Part shown: positions 27,036 through 39,616 of the stretch, piece after piece
How the letters are laid out: the number at the start of each line of letters is the position of its first letter
Position numbering within the stretch: position 1 is the first letter of the stretch
NCBI GenBank assembly: GCA_951406725.2
Contig: OX597835.1
Coordinates: forward strand, 47,306,001-47,370,000
Direction of reading: 5' to 3'
From: Octopus vulgaris
Taxonomy: Eukaryota
Length of the DNA: 64,000 nt
Notes under the pieces: model-generated
Database searches by the model: none
Seen by the model: only the letters and a program-made list of their open reading frames with translations
What the model was told of the DNA's origin: nothing
Program-made: the position numbers and the translations under genes

Positions 27036-27084
27036 AATAATAATGATAATAATAGTAGTAATAATAATAATAATAATAATAATG

Positions 27085-27116
<32 letters not shown>

Positions 27117-27309
27117 AATAATGATAATAATAATAATAACAATAACAATGATAACAACAATGATAATAATAATAAAAATAATAATAATGATAATAATAAT
27201 AATAATAATGATAATAATAATAATAATAATGATAATAATAATAATAACAATAACAATGATAACAACAATGATAATAATAATAATAATAATAATAATGATA
27301 ATAATAATA

Positions 27310-27340
<31 letters not shown>

Positions 27341-27422
27341 TAATGATAATAATAATAATAACAATAACAATGATAACAACAATGATAATAATAATAATAA
27401 TCATCATCATCATCATCATCAT
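26089..27422. repeat. 1.3-kb compound (AAT)n/(GAT)/(AGT)/(AAC) trinucleotide array
   Basis: read directly; source of the spurious poly-N/I/L ORFs. Confidence 0.98.
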
Positions 27423-28507
27423 TTAGCGTCCGTTTTCCATGCTAGCATGGGTTGGACGGTTCAACTGGGGTCTGGGGAGCCCGAAGGCTGCACCAGGCCA
27501 GTCAGATCTGGCAGTGTTTCTACAGCTGGATGCCCTTCCTAACGCCAACCACTCCGAGAGTGTAGTGGGTGATTTTATGTGCCACCGACACAGGTGCCAG
27601 ACGAGGCTGGCGAACGGCCACGCTCGGATGGTGTTTTTATGTGCCACCGACACAATGATAATAATGATCAATAATAATAATAATAATCATCATCACCATT
27701 ATCCTAATTATTTTAATGCTCACTTTCCCATGCTTGCATGGATCAGATGGAGTTTTTTTTGTTGAGATTTCCCCTCCTGTCACCAAGCCTACCTATTTTC
27801 CAAGCAAGGTCACATTTCCTTATGGAAAACCATTTTGCAGAAGAATAGTTGAAATGAATGCCACTGCATCGCACATCAAGACAAGGAGGTACAAACAGAC
27901 ACACATACAAAAATATACATGAGAAGCTTTTTTCAGTTTCTGTCTACCAACTCCACTTATAAGGCTTTGGTCAGCCCAGGGTTGTAGAAGAAAACACTTG
28001 AGGCACTGAAGACACAAGCAGGACTGAACCCAGAACAATGCAGTTGGGAAGCAAAGTGCTTACAACGCAACCAAACCTGAGCTTTTGAGAATGATATTTG
28101 GTAGACAGAAAGTCTAACAAAGCCTGTCTTTGAACAAGTGGTGACCCCTTCCAAAAATGGGGTACCATGTAAAAGCACCCAGTATACTCTGTAAAACGGT
28201 CGGTGTTGGGAAGGGCATCAAGCTGTAGGAACTCTGCCAAAACAGACAAATGAGGCCCAAGCAGTTGTCAAGCCATCCATGCCAGCACGGAGGATGGGCA
28301 TTAAAAGATGATGATGATGGAAGTTCTAGGCCTGTACCTGGAGAGGTAATTCCCAGGTAACAATATATGGTCAAACTTGACCGACAGAAGTCACTGATAT
28401 ATAACATTAACCAAAACGGAACAACAAAGACTGCAATTTCCTTTCAGAATTCAGGAAATATTCCAACAACACAAAGACTCTGCAAAAAGAAACTGCCATA
28501 AACTCAC

Positions 28508-28538
28508 CTCTTTGGCTTTGCGTAGTTTAGCTTCCATT
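28508..28538 (-). CDS. MEAF6: MEAF6 exon 6 (31 nt)
   Basis: tttttctttcAG / GTGAGT; phase 2 entry; MEAKLRKAKE, positionally equivalent to vertebrate IDLKLNKKPR. Confidence 0.72.
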
Positions 28539-29502
28539 CTGAAAGAAAAATGGGGAAACCAGATTAATCTTAGAATATAGCAACAACAACAACAACAATT
28601 GTTTCTAATTTGGCAGAAAACCAGTAACTTAGGTGGGGGGGAATGGGTGTGACCAGGGGGTGCTTTGTTCCTTCAGATAACCTGGTTAAAATGTAATACC
28701 TGTTTATCCACATTGTTTTGAATTAATCATGTATTATCTTGTGGCTTAGAGACTTTCATGATGTGATTGTATATTTTTAGAATGACATTGTAGGGTAGGT
28801 GTGAGACGCCAGATGTGGCCAGTTTCGAAATAGAACAGGTGGAATATTTGGGTTGGATGTGGCCAGTTTAAGTGCAAAAGGACTATATTATTGACCCTCA
28901 AAGGATAAAAAGCAAAGGTGATCTCAGTGTGATTCGAACTCAGAATGCAAAGATTGAGAACCAATAGTGTAAGGCACTTTTACAATGTCTCAACAATTCT
29001 ACCAATTCATTGGCCATTAATTTCTAAGTTGGGCACAGAGCCAACTTACCTGAGAGGAGGAGGTAAATCCTTCGCCCAGTACTTGATGGATATTTTTTTT
29101 ATGGATTCAGGACAAATGAAAGGCAAAGTTGACTTTGACAGGATTTGAACTCAGAACATAAAGACAGATAAAATACTGCTAAGCATTTCGCCCAACTTGC
29201 TAATGACTCTGCCAGCTCACTACTTTAATATCAACAACAACAAAAACAATAATAACAATAACAATAATAATAGTAATTATTATTATTATAATATCAAATT
29301 TTTGCTACAAGGGCAGCTTGTTGGGGAGGTGGTGATGAGTCGATTACATCGACCCAGTGTTCAACTGGTACTTATTTTATCAACCCCAAAAGGGTGAAAG
29401 GCAAAGTTGACCTCAGCAAAATTTGAACTCAGAACGTAGCAGCGGACGAAATACCGCAAAGCATATCGCCCAGCATGCTAACAATTCTGCCAGCTCGCAG
29501 CC

Positions 29503-29536
<34 letters not shown>

Positions 29537-29696
29537 TCAATGAATATAAAAAAGAAAAATGTAACTAAAATGCTGCCTTAGCAACGAGAATCCTTTTATG
29601 TTCTCCCTTAAGTTTAAGGCTTCAATTATAAGAGAACGGATTTTATGAAGGGTCCAGCAATAAGAGAAAAGAAAAAGAAATAACAGAAGCTAAAAA

Positions 29697-29996
29697 AGGC
29701 ACATGGCTCAGTGGTTAGAGTATTCGGATCACAATCATAAGGTTGTGAGTTCAATTCCCAGCAGTATGTTGTGGCCTTGAACAAGACACTTTGTTTCATT
29801 TTGCTCCAGTCTATTTAGCTGGCAAAAATGAGTTGTAGTGTCACATTCTGTGCCACTCTGAATGTCCCTGAGAACTACGTTAACGGTACAAGTGTCTGTG
29901 GAGTACTCAGCCACCTACACATTAATTTCACAAGCAGGTTGTTCCGTTGATCAGATCAACTGGAATCCTCATTAGCATAACTGATGGAGCGCCAGT
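29697..29996 (+). mobile_element. Third tRNA-headed SINE family (related pieces 4500-4600, 55660-56003 -, 57770-57960)
   Basis: tggctcagtggttagag A-box, gagttcaattccc B-box, shared gtggagtactcagccac...ttcacaagcaggttgttcc. Confidence 0.6.
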
Positions 29997-30191
29997 CTTT
30001 TAGTGAAAAAGCATCAAGTATGTCACTCAACCGGATTATCTAAGAATCCGGTCCGAATCAATTTTGCCTTCCATCCTTCCATAGTTGATAAAGTAAATAT
30101 TTGGAGGGAGACTCTAAAAAGTAAGGGCAGACATACATCATAGATTGCGATGGACCCGTGACAAAAAGAAGAGAAAAGGGTCGTTATTTAC

Positions 30192-30396
30192 TTGTGCCTT
30201 GATTTCGCTTTCCCTTTTTTGTGTCTTATCGTGCTTTTGGTGACCTTCCCGGAATGGTTCTGTGCCGAAGAGTGATTGGTCGTGCTGTTGTTGTTGGTCA
30301 TCGTTAGCTGTCCATTAGGTGTGGAAGAATCGTTGTTGTTTGTTTCTGGTTGACTGCTGGCGTTCGTTGCTTCTGACGTTGGACTTGCAGCTTCCC
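30192..30396 (-). CDS. MEAF6: MEAF6 exon 5 (low-complexity Ser/Asn region, basic NLS-like end)
   Basis: gtgtctgcAG / GTAAAT; EAASPTSEATNASSQPETNNND...RHKKGKAKSRH, like vertebrate HKKRKNKNRH. Confidence 0.85.
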
Positions 30397-31362
30397 CTGC
30401 AGACACACAGACACGTCATCAATGACAACAAACAATGAGAAACAACAGAAAAACAGATAACATAACAGAGTAGGAGAAAGAAGAAGTTATGGAGGCATCA
30501 CAGCCATCACAGCCTAAAACAAAAAGAAACAAACACACTTGAAAATCTTCCCATCCTTCCCTCTGCCTCAACCAATTCTTAAACACTTCAGCATTCACAT
30601 TGTTCCGTCAAATGTAAGGCTTAATTATTCTCATTGTTTTTAATTAATCTGCTTGATCTTTTAGCTTCGAAATTCCGATGAGGTATCTTGCTAATTTTTA
30701 GAATGACATTGTAATTCATAAACAAGGTGAACAAATAAGCATTAGATTTGAAAGGATTAAGAGATCAATGGTATCAGATACACATTTACATACAACGAGA
30801 ATCAGACACATAGAAATAATGACATCCAGCTAAGCATACATACAAGCCCCCACACACAGATAAACACATATTGAGACAATCACATACAGCTAACCACAAC
30901 TGCAATCCCACCACAATCCCCCACATGCAATCACTCTGTCACTCAGATTTATTGTTTAACGTCTGTTTTCCATGCTGGCATGGGTTGGACAGTTCAACTG
31001 GAGTATGGGAAGCCATGGAGGCAGCACCAGGATACAGTCTTGATCTGGCAGTGTTTCTACAGCTGGATGCCCTTCCTAATGCCAACCACTCCGAAAGCGA
31101 AGTGGATGCTTTTCGCATGTCACCAGCACAGGGGCCAGAGGAGGCTCACAGCATAGGTTGGTGCTTTTTACATGCCACTGTCACGGAAGCCAGTCAAGGC
31201 GGCGCTAGCATCGGCCACAAAAACATAAATGCATAGGGACAATAGCATACAAATAAGCACACACAATCAGACACGATCTCTCATATGCAGACATAAACAC
31301 ATACACACAAACACACACACACAGAGTCTGTGCCACAAAGTGTCAAAGAGTTAAGTACTCAC

Positions 31363-31396
31363 GTTTTTCAGAGTTGTCTGCAATTCCGCTCACAGC
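31363..31396 (-). CDS. MEAF6: MEAF6 exon 4 (34 nt)
   Basis: gtcttttcAG / GTGAGT; AVSGIADNSEK; phase 0 to 1 bridges exons 3 and 5. Confidence 0.8.
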
Positions 31397-33398
31397 CTGA
31401 AAAGACAAATTGGGGAAAATGTGATGTTTTTTTTAACAGTTAATCAAAGAAAGACATCCCTTTATTTTTGTATAGTTTCTGAGATAAGGGAGATGAAGAC
31501 AGGAAGTTGTCCTCAAGCCAGAAACTTGGCCGGTCTGAATGTTTGTGATAAGGTAAACTCTGCTAAGTTAATCCAAGGATTAGGTGAAAGTGTTTAACCA
31601 AATGAGAGAAAAATCTATCACCCAGGGCCTTAGAACATAAACCACCTGGCAAATTCACTGCTCCGTATTGTTATTTCACTTTGTTGGTCTTCAAAAAGAT
31701 GAAATGAAAATTTAACCCAAGTGAGATTTGAACACCCGGTTCTTTGCAGGGAATCAGAACAACTATCACAGAGTAACTTAATGGGTTAGTTGTTGTTGTT
31801 GTTATTGTTGTCCATCTTCATCATTTAATCCCTCTTTATCCAAGCTAGCACGGGTTGACTGATTCAACAGAAACTGACAAACCAAAAGACTGCACTGAAC
31901 TCCAATGTCTGCTTTGGTATGGTTTCTACAGCTGGATTCCATACCTAATGCCAACCACTTTACAGAGTAGACTGGATGTCCGTTTTCTTGTGGCACCAGC
32001 ACCAGTGAGGTCATTAAGCACTCGCAAGACAAGACCTACCTCAATGGAATGAAGAACAGTACTGAAGGAGATGACAGTGTGACAGAGGGACAGGAATAAG
32101 TGTCTTGTTGGAGACGGGGAACGCATGTTTAGCCTTCAGTCAATCCAAGGTCTCCTGGCCACAGCCATCTCTCACCAACTGCTACAATGACGAAAGGCAA
32201 AGCTGACCCCGGTTCGAACTCAGAGCATTAAGGAATGGGACTAAATACCACAAGGCATTTAAACTGTTGCCCTAACTCTTCTGCTGATCTATCGAAATAT
32301 AAATAGAGTATTTCATAAAGTCTGATATTAAAATACACAGGGATTCTGGGTACTCGACCAGGAAATAGTGAAAAGGAGACTTAAATGCCTCTTTTATCTT
32401 TTACTTGTGTCAGCCATTAGGCTGTGGCCATGCTGGGGCACCGCCTTGAGAAATTTTTAGTCAAATGTATTGAACCCAATACTTTTATTTGTTTGAGTCT
32501 GGTTTTATCCATCTCTTTTGCCAAACCACTAAGTTACAGGGACGTAAACACACCACCAGCAGTTGTCAAGTGGGGGTGGTGGAGAACACACACACAAGGC
32601 TTCTTTTAGTTTCCATCTACCAAATCTACTCACAAAGGCTTTGACCAGCCCCAGGCTATAAAAGAAGACACTTGCCCAAGGTGCCATGCAGTGGGACTGA
32701 ACCCTGAATCATGTAGTCGGGAAGGAAACTTCTTACCACATACCCATGCCTGTGCTTGTAATACACAGAATCCATTTAATGTCTAAAATAATCCAGAACC
32801 TCTGCTCATTTGCACTCACCTGTCTTCTGTCCCCTAAAACTTCTACTCATCTCATACACTGAGGGTTCACCTTGACACTGCCTAGCAGACATCTTCATGG
32901 GGGATTGACAAGGAAGGACACGGCTTGTACAACAGTGATACCCGTTTACAAGTACAAATCCAATGCCAAGACACCTGCACACACCTATGCCCCTGACAAG
33001 TTCCTTCTGTCACCCATCAAATCCACTCACTCACTCACAAGGCTTTGCTTGGTCAGGATCTAGAATAAAAGGTGCTGATTACAGGTAAGTTCACCACCAT
33101 CAATTCACTGTGAGAAAAGTTCACCACAAGGTAAATTTACCAAGAAAATATATTCATAGTACCTCACTATTAAGTTAAAAAAACTATTTTATTGAAAAAA
33201 AAAATGAGAGAAAAACTGAAGTTGAAAAATTATGCCAAAAAATTTGACGGTGAACTTTCCCAGAGGTGAATTGATGACAGTGAACTTACCTGACATGCAA
33301 GGTGCTCCACTGTAGGCCTGAGACTGAAACCATGTGATTAAAAAGTAAAGAAGAAGACTTAACAACTTTACTAAGAAAAGACCCAAAGTTAGACTTAC

Positions 33399-33486
33399 CA
33401 CAGCAGAAGTTACTGAAGATTTGGAAAATAATCGATCAGCTTCCTTGAATTTTCGATTTCGTTTATCTGCTTTGCTGTTGGTATTT
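33399..33486 (-). CDS. MEAF6: MEAF6 exon 3
   Basis: ctactttcAG / GTAAGT; [29 protein letters not shown]. Confidence 0.95.
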
Positions 33487-35022
33487 CTGAAAGTAGAAAT
33501 CATTCAAATTGATAGATTTTTTCATTTTATTGAATTAATGATCATCAATCAATGGAAATTGCAGCTGTGATACCAGTGCCGGTGACAAGTAAGCGAACCA
33601 TCCGATCATGGCTGTTGCCAGCGCCGCCCCGACTGGCCTCCGTGCTGGTGGCACGTAAAAAGCACCAGCCGTTCGTGGCCGTTGCCAGCCTCGCCTGGCT
33701 CCCGTGCCGGTGGCATGTAAAAGCACCATCCGTTCGTGGCCGTTGCCAGCCTCGCCTGGCCCCCGTGCCGGTGGCACGTAAAAAGCACCCACTACACTCA
33801 CAAAGTGGTTGGCGTTAGGAAGGGCATCCAGCCGTAGAAACACTGCCAGATCAGACTGGGCCTGGTGCAGCCTTCTGGCTTCACAGACCCCAGTTGAACC
33901 ATCCAACCCATGCTAGCATGGAAAGCAGACGCTAAAATGATGATGATGATGATGATGAATCAGCGATAAAAAAAAAAAGTTTAATTTATTATTATGGCAG
34001 CATTGTTAAAAAGTTGGATAAAATGCTTTGCGATTCTAGCTCTTTAGATTGAGAGTTCAAATTCTATCAAGGCTAACTTTGCGTTTCATCCCACCAGGAT
34101 CAATAAAATAAAACATCAGTCAATCGCTGCCACTGTGTATCTAGGACTACATTATCTGAAGTGTCCTTTTTATTTTTTAAGATGGAAGGTTGCGATTAGG
34201 ATAGGTTTGGGTCATCCCCATTCAATGTCAGTTCGTCCATTCCACGGCAGATCAATGCCATTCCACAATACACAAAAAACTACGCTAAATGGAATAAATC
34301 AGTTTGCCATAAAGAAAGGACACCCAATATTTTGAGCAGGAAACCTTTTGTTGGAGGGTTCGGTCAGGGAACATTTGATTTCTCTTCTTTACATCAAAAT
34401 GATTTTCTGTTACTTTATGAATTTCACTTACTTTAGCTCATCTGTTACCACATCTCTCATAAAATACACTGTTTTTCACCACCACCACCACCACAACCAT
34501 CATCATCATCATCATTTAACATCCGTTTTCTCATTAGTATATTTGTCAGTTTTTGTGTCACGCATCCTGTGAATTCTTCAATGATTGTCTTTCCATACAG
34601 AATGGGTGACAAAGGAATTCTCATAGGTAAACAACCACCACCACCACCACCATCACCACCACCACCACCACCATCACCACCACCACCACTACCACCACCA
34701 CCACAACCACCACCACCACCACCACCACAACCACCACCACCACCACCACCACAACCACCACCACCACCACCACAACCATCATCATCAAGCATCTATTTTC
34801 CATGCTGGCATGGGTTGGACAGTTTGACAGGGGTTGGCCGGCTGAAGAGCTGCCCAGACGCAGTTTGTCTGTTCTGGCCATGGCCTCTACAGCTGGATGC
34901 CCTTCCTAATGCCAACCACTTTACAAAGTGTACAGGATGCTCTTATGCAACACCAGCACAGGTGCTTTTACAAAGCCCTGGCATGTGTGTTTTTTGCATG
35001 GCACCAACACCCATGAGCCTGC

Positions 35023-35070
<48 letters not shown>

Positions 35071-35870
35071 GCTACAGTGAACATCAAAGAATGCACGTGT
35101 TTAATTGGCAAAAGATGACCCTCCCCAATTAAAAGAATATCTGTTTCAACACATGATTTCACATCAAATATCTTGCAAAACAAATACATAAAATGTGTAA
35201 AATATTGATTTGCTGCTGTTTGTATCATCAGACTACGACGAGTGAGAGGTGGGCTATTTGTCAAACCAAAAAGATATCTACCAGTCTCTTACAATTCCTC
35301 TGCGTGATTTGAATGGGTCACACAGAGGCAAAGACCAACACCTTTGGCATTATGTCGTGCTTGAAAAGAAGACCCACCGAGTCGAGCAAAATTGCAATCG
35401 TGACAGATACTGGTGTCCTGCAAATTGGCACGTGAACACACCTCGGTGTCACACAAAAGGCACCCGTGCTGGCGGCACATAAAAGCACAAATGGCACCAG
35501 TGCTGGTGGCACATAAAAGCACAAATGGCACCAGTGCTGGTGGCACATAAAAGCACAAATGGCACTCATGCTAGTGGCATGTAAAAGCACTTATTACACT
35601 CAGAGTGGTTGGCATTAGGAAGGGTATCCAGCCATAGAAAACTATACCAAATCAGACTGGAGTCTGGTGCAGCTTTCCAGCATGCTAGCTTGGTCAAACT
35701 GTCCAACCCATGCCAGCATGGTCAATGTCTGTTAACTGACGATGATGATGATGTTATGAAGAAGACATGTTCACTGACACAGACTACTGTCACTAGTTTT
35801 CTTACATTCTACCATTTCAACATTCAACCAGAATCATATCAGAGACAGACCAAAAAACAACTTGCTTCTT

Positions 35871-36218
35871 CATTATTTACATTTGACGGATATTTGTCCT
35901 CATCTTAGATTTATAAGCCCTAAAATTCACTCCATAATTGCTCACAGGCGTATGGCATAGTGGTTAAGAGCGCGGGCTACTAACCCCAAGACTCTGTGTT
36001 TGATTTCAGGCAGTGACCTGAACAATAGTAATAATAATAATAATGATAACATCAAAAAATACCTTAGGAATGAGAACCCAGGAGAACCTGATGAAGGCTG
36101 GAGGGTATATCAGCCAAAACATTATGTTAACAACAAAGAAGATGAGGACAAATATCCATCAAATGTAAATAATGTAAATAATATAAATAATTCCTCATCT
36201 CTTAAATACAGAACTGTA
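35871..36218 (+). mobile_element. tRNA-headed short element with hammerhead-like 3' part and inverted terminal copy
   Basis: head ggcgtatggcatagtggttaagagcgcggg (35947), (AAT)n, CTGATGA-a-ggctg..cagcc-aAAAC (36088-36120); 35871-35906 is the reverse complement of 36139-36174. Confidence 0.7.
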
Positions 36219-36226
36219 TCAACTCA

Positions 36227-36361
<135 letters not shown>

Positions 36362-38948
36362 TTATAAAAGACAAAAAAAAAAACCCAGGAAATTTATCAA
36401 ATAGAAAGAGCCAAAACAAAAGTAAAAATTTAAAAAAAGAAAAGGTTATAGGTTACAAGTTCAGTCCCACTGCATGGCACCTTGGGCAAGTGTCTTCTAC
36501 AACGGCCTCAGGCCAACCAAAGCCTTGTGAGTGGATTTAGAAGACAGAAACTTCAAGAAGCACTTCATATATATATATATATAGCCATGGCTGATGCCAG
36601 TGTTGCATGTCTGGCCCTTGATGTGTCGGGTGATATGATATTCTTGAGAAGACTTGTTAAGTGAGGTAAAACAAAAATCATAGCTGTGGCCAGTGCTCCC
36701 CTGACTGGATCCTGTGCTGGTGGTACATAACAAGCACCATCTGAACGTGATCAATGCCAGGGCCAACTCACTGGCTCCCATGGTGGTGGCACATAAAAAG
36801 CTCTATCTGAACATGATTGGTGCCAGGACCACCTGATTAGCTCCTGTCTCAGTGGCACATAAAAAGCACCCACTACACTCTCGGAGTAGTTGGCGTTAGG
36901 AAGGGCATCCAGCTGTAGAAACTTTGCCAGATCTGATTGGAGCCTGGTGCAGACCTCAGTCAAACCGTCCAACCCATACCAGCATGGAAAGCAGATGTTA
37001 AATGATGATGATGATGATGAGTGTGAGTGTGTGTGTCCCAAAACCACTTGACAATTGGTATTGGTGTGTTTACGTCCCGGTAACTTCGCAGTTCAGCAAA
37101 AGAGCCTGATAAAACAGGCCTGAAAAAAAGGTAATTATTGGGGCCAATTCATTTCATTAAAAATTATTCAAAGTGGTGCCCCGACATGGCCACCGCCTAA
37201 CGACAAAAACAAATAAAAGATAAAAAGAGAGAAGACTGCCACTTCAATGCTCACTTCTCCATGTTTCCATGGGTCGGGTGAGAGTTTTCTATGGCCAGAA
37301 GCCCTTTCTGTCACTAATCCCCACCTGATTTCAAGTGAGGTAAAAATCTGGCAGTTCATCAACTCAGAGAAACAATCCACACCGCATGAACGAGCCTTTT
37401 GTTTACAAAGACTGTTTCAGTCATTTGACCGCGGCCATGCTGGAGCACCGCCTTTAGTCGAACAAATCGACACCGGGACATATTCTTGGTAAGCCTAGTG
37501 CTTATTCTATCGATCTCTTTTTACCGAACCACTACGTTATGGAGATGTAAACACAGCAACATCGGTTGTCAAGCGATGGTGGGGGACAAACACACACACA
37601 CACACATATATACTATATATTCATACATATATACGACGAGCTTTTTTTCAGTTTCCGTCTACCAAATCCACTCGCAAGGCTTTGGATGCCCCAAGGCTAT
37701 AGTAGAAGACACTTGCCCAAGGTGCCACGCAATGGGACTGAACCCGGAACTATGTGGTTGGGAAGCAAGATTCTTACCACACAGCCACGCCTGCGATTAT
37801 ATTTTTCTTATATTTCTACACTACACAAAATATTTCAACAAATATTTCGTAGGTGGGTTGGTAGGGTCAGGGTACATGTGCGCGTGTTTATGTTCAGTGT
37901 TTGACTTACCAACCTCGATTACAGAAACCGGTGTTACGTCGAAAAAGCAACCTAACCAATCAATGGAAATATAAATCGATACGAACTGAAAATAAAGGAT
38001 CGAGATCGCTATAACCGATCGATCTCCTTTGGATCCTTGAAGGCGGTGCCCTAGCTTGGCCGCAGCACACAATGAATCGCAAAAGAAAAATATCGTATGA
38101 AAATAAAACGGGATAGTCACGGCTAGATCGCCTCTGTTCATAGATCTGTTTTGAGGCAACTAAAACAATAACATTAACACATGTGAGTTAAGTAGGTCAT
38201 CACGACAATGTGGTCGTTTGAAGAGGTAGAAATAGCAGCTAAATCTCCATCTGATCCTTTATGAAGATTTTTAAAGAAACCAAAATAAGGAAGAGCGATC
38301 GAATAATTTAATTTGAGGTAAACAATGTCAAGAGAGAAGGGACGGCAAGATGCTGGGATGGTCACGACTGGATTGAGTATGATCGGTGGCTTGCTTAATT
38401 AGGACAGCAACAATAACTGAGAATAATACGTTGGATGATGAAGTCTATAAGATTAATAAAACGAGATGGTCACGGCCAGAATGCTTCTGATAACAACAGA
38501 TCCACTCGATCAGGTTGCTCTGACCTGTGGTTAAACAACAAAACTAAAGGACGAACACATTGGATAATGAGTAATGTACATTACTTAATGAAAAAAGGGG
38601 AGAACGGGTTAGTCACGGCTGGATTGCCCTTGATTTTGAGTAATTCGTGGGGGTGGGGTGAGGTGTAAAGAACAACAACAGCTGCGATCGTCGTGAAGAG
38701 AGATGATTAGAGAAGAGAGAAGCATGCAGAGAGAGAGAGAGACATAGAAAGAGAAAGGGGTCAGAGGGAGAGAAAAAGGGAGCGGCTGGTGAAGGGGAAA
38801 ATAATAAAGCCTCCCGCCAAGATGGAGGAAATCGGTTTCATTTCACAAATAAACATTTATCTCTGCGATCAGAACATTTAATAAACGAAACACAAACACA
38901 CAAGGTAAGCACAAGTTGCGTTGTGCTTTCCCTGGATGCGATTCTTAC

Positions 38949-39029
38949 CGCGATTTCCGTCCTTCGTCGTACAAGTTCTGCCAATTCGGTTCGGGTATCC
39001 AGAGTAGCGATCTGGCGTTGGTTCGCCAT
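38949..39029 (-). CDS. MEAF6: Chromatin modification-related protein MEAF6/Eaf6 (NuA4/MYST complex subunit), coding exon 1
   Basis: MANQRQIATLDTRTELAELVRRRTEIA then GTAAGA donor; matches MEAF6 N-terminus DTRRELAELVKRKQELA. Confidence 0.92.
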
Positions 39030-39059
39030 GTTTGGAGAGAAAACCACGACACCGTGTTT

Positions 39060-39130
39060 AGTACAACGATTCTGATTGGTCGGTTGCATGACTGACTATA
39101 TAATACCGACATTTTGATTGGCTGCTGTTA
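39060..39130 (-). promoter_or_regulatory. MEAF6 proximal promoter with two CCAAT boxes
   Basis: ATTGG (CCAAT on gene strand) at about 39075 and 39117, TATA-like TATATA near 39097, CpG-rich context just upstream of the ATG. Confidence 0.5.
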
Positions 39131-39553
39131 GGTTACTTCAGTTTACCAGCAAACTAGCGTAGCCTGGGTGCTTAATTGCGAGCCGAGGTATTTTAATTGA
39201 TTAAAATTCCGCTCTTAGTGATGTTGACTAATAATTATCCCAGTGACTAATTTTGTCTAAGAAAACACGGTAGACAAGGCTTTATTTAGGTTAATTGGAT
39301 ATAGAATGCAGTGTGGACTGGGAATGAATATGATTTCTAACAATACGAGAGACAGCAATGACCATGTTTCTATGGTATTAAACCTCATCAGCGAAGTTTA
39401 ATGAAACGCTTTGTAAGGAAATCACAAAGAAGAGACACTCGAAGACGCAGAAAAACAGAGGGCATGAAAGTAGTATATATATATATATTTATATATGGGC
39501 CGACCAATGCCTTGTGAGTGGATTTGGTAGACGGAAACTGAAAGAAGCCTGTC

Positions 39554-39616
<63 letters not shown>

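Noticed and set aside
25965-27542. 525-aa poly-Asn ORF and overlapping poly-I/L ORFs
   Set aside because: Pure AAT-type microsatellite inside a MEAF6 intron; frames are open only because the repeat lacks stops
34457-35027. Poly-Pro formin/extensin-like ORF
   Set aside because: (CCA)n microsatellite fused to an RTE 3' UTR fragment
35947-36015. tRNA gene candidates (also 24032, 29697, 46790)
   Set aside because: tRNA-like A/B boxes belong to SINE heads; no complete cloverleaf or acceptor stem
38809-38912. Plus-strand ATG (caagATGG) and AAG|GTAAGC donor inside MEAF6 intron 1
   Set aside because: ORF of only 19 codons and no downstream exon found; more likely promoter-proximal YY1/E2F-like motifs
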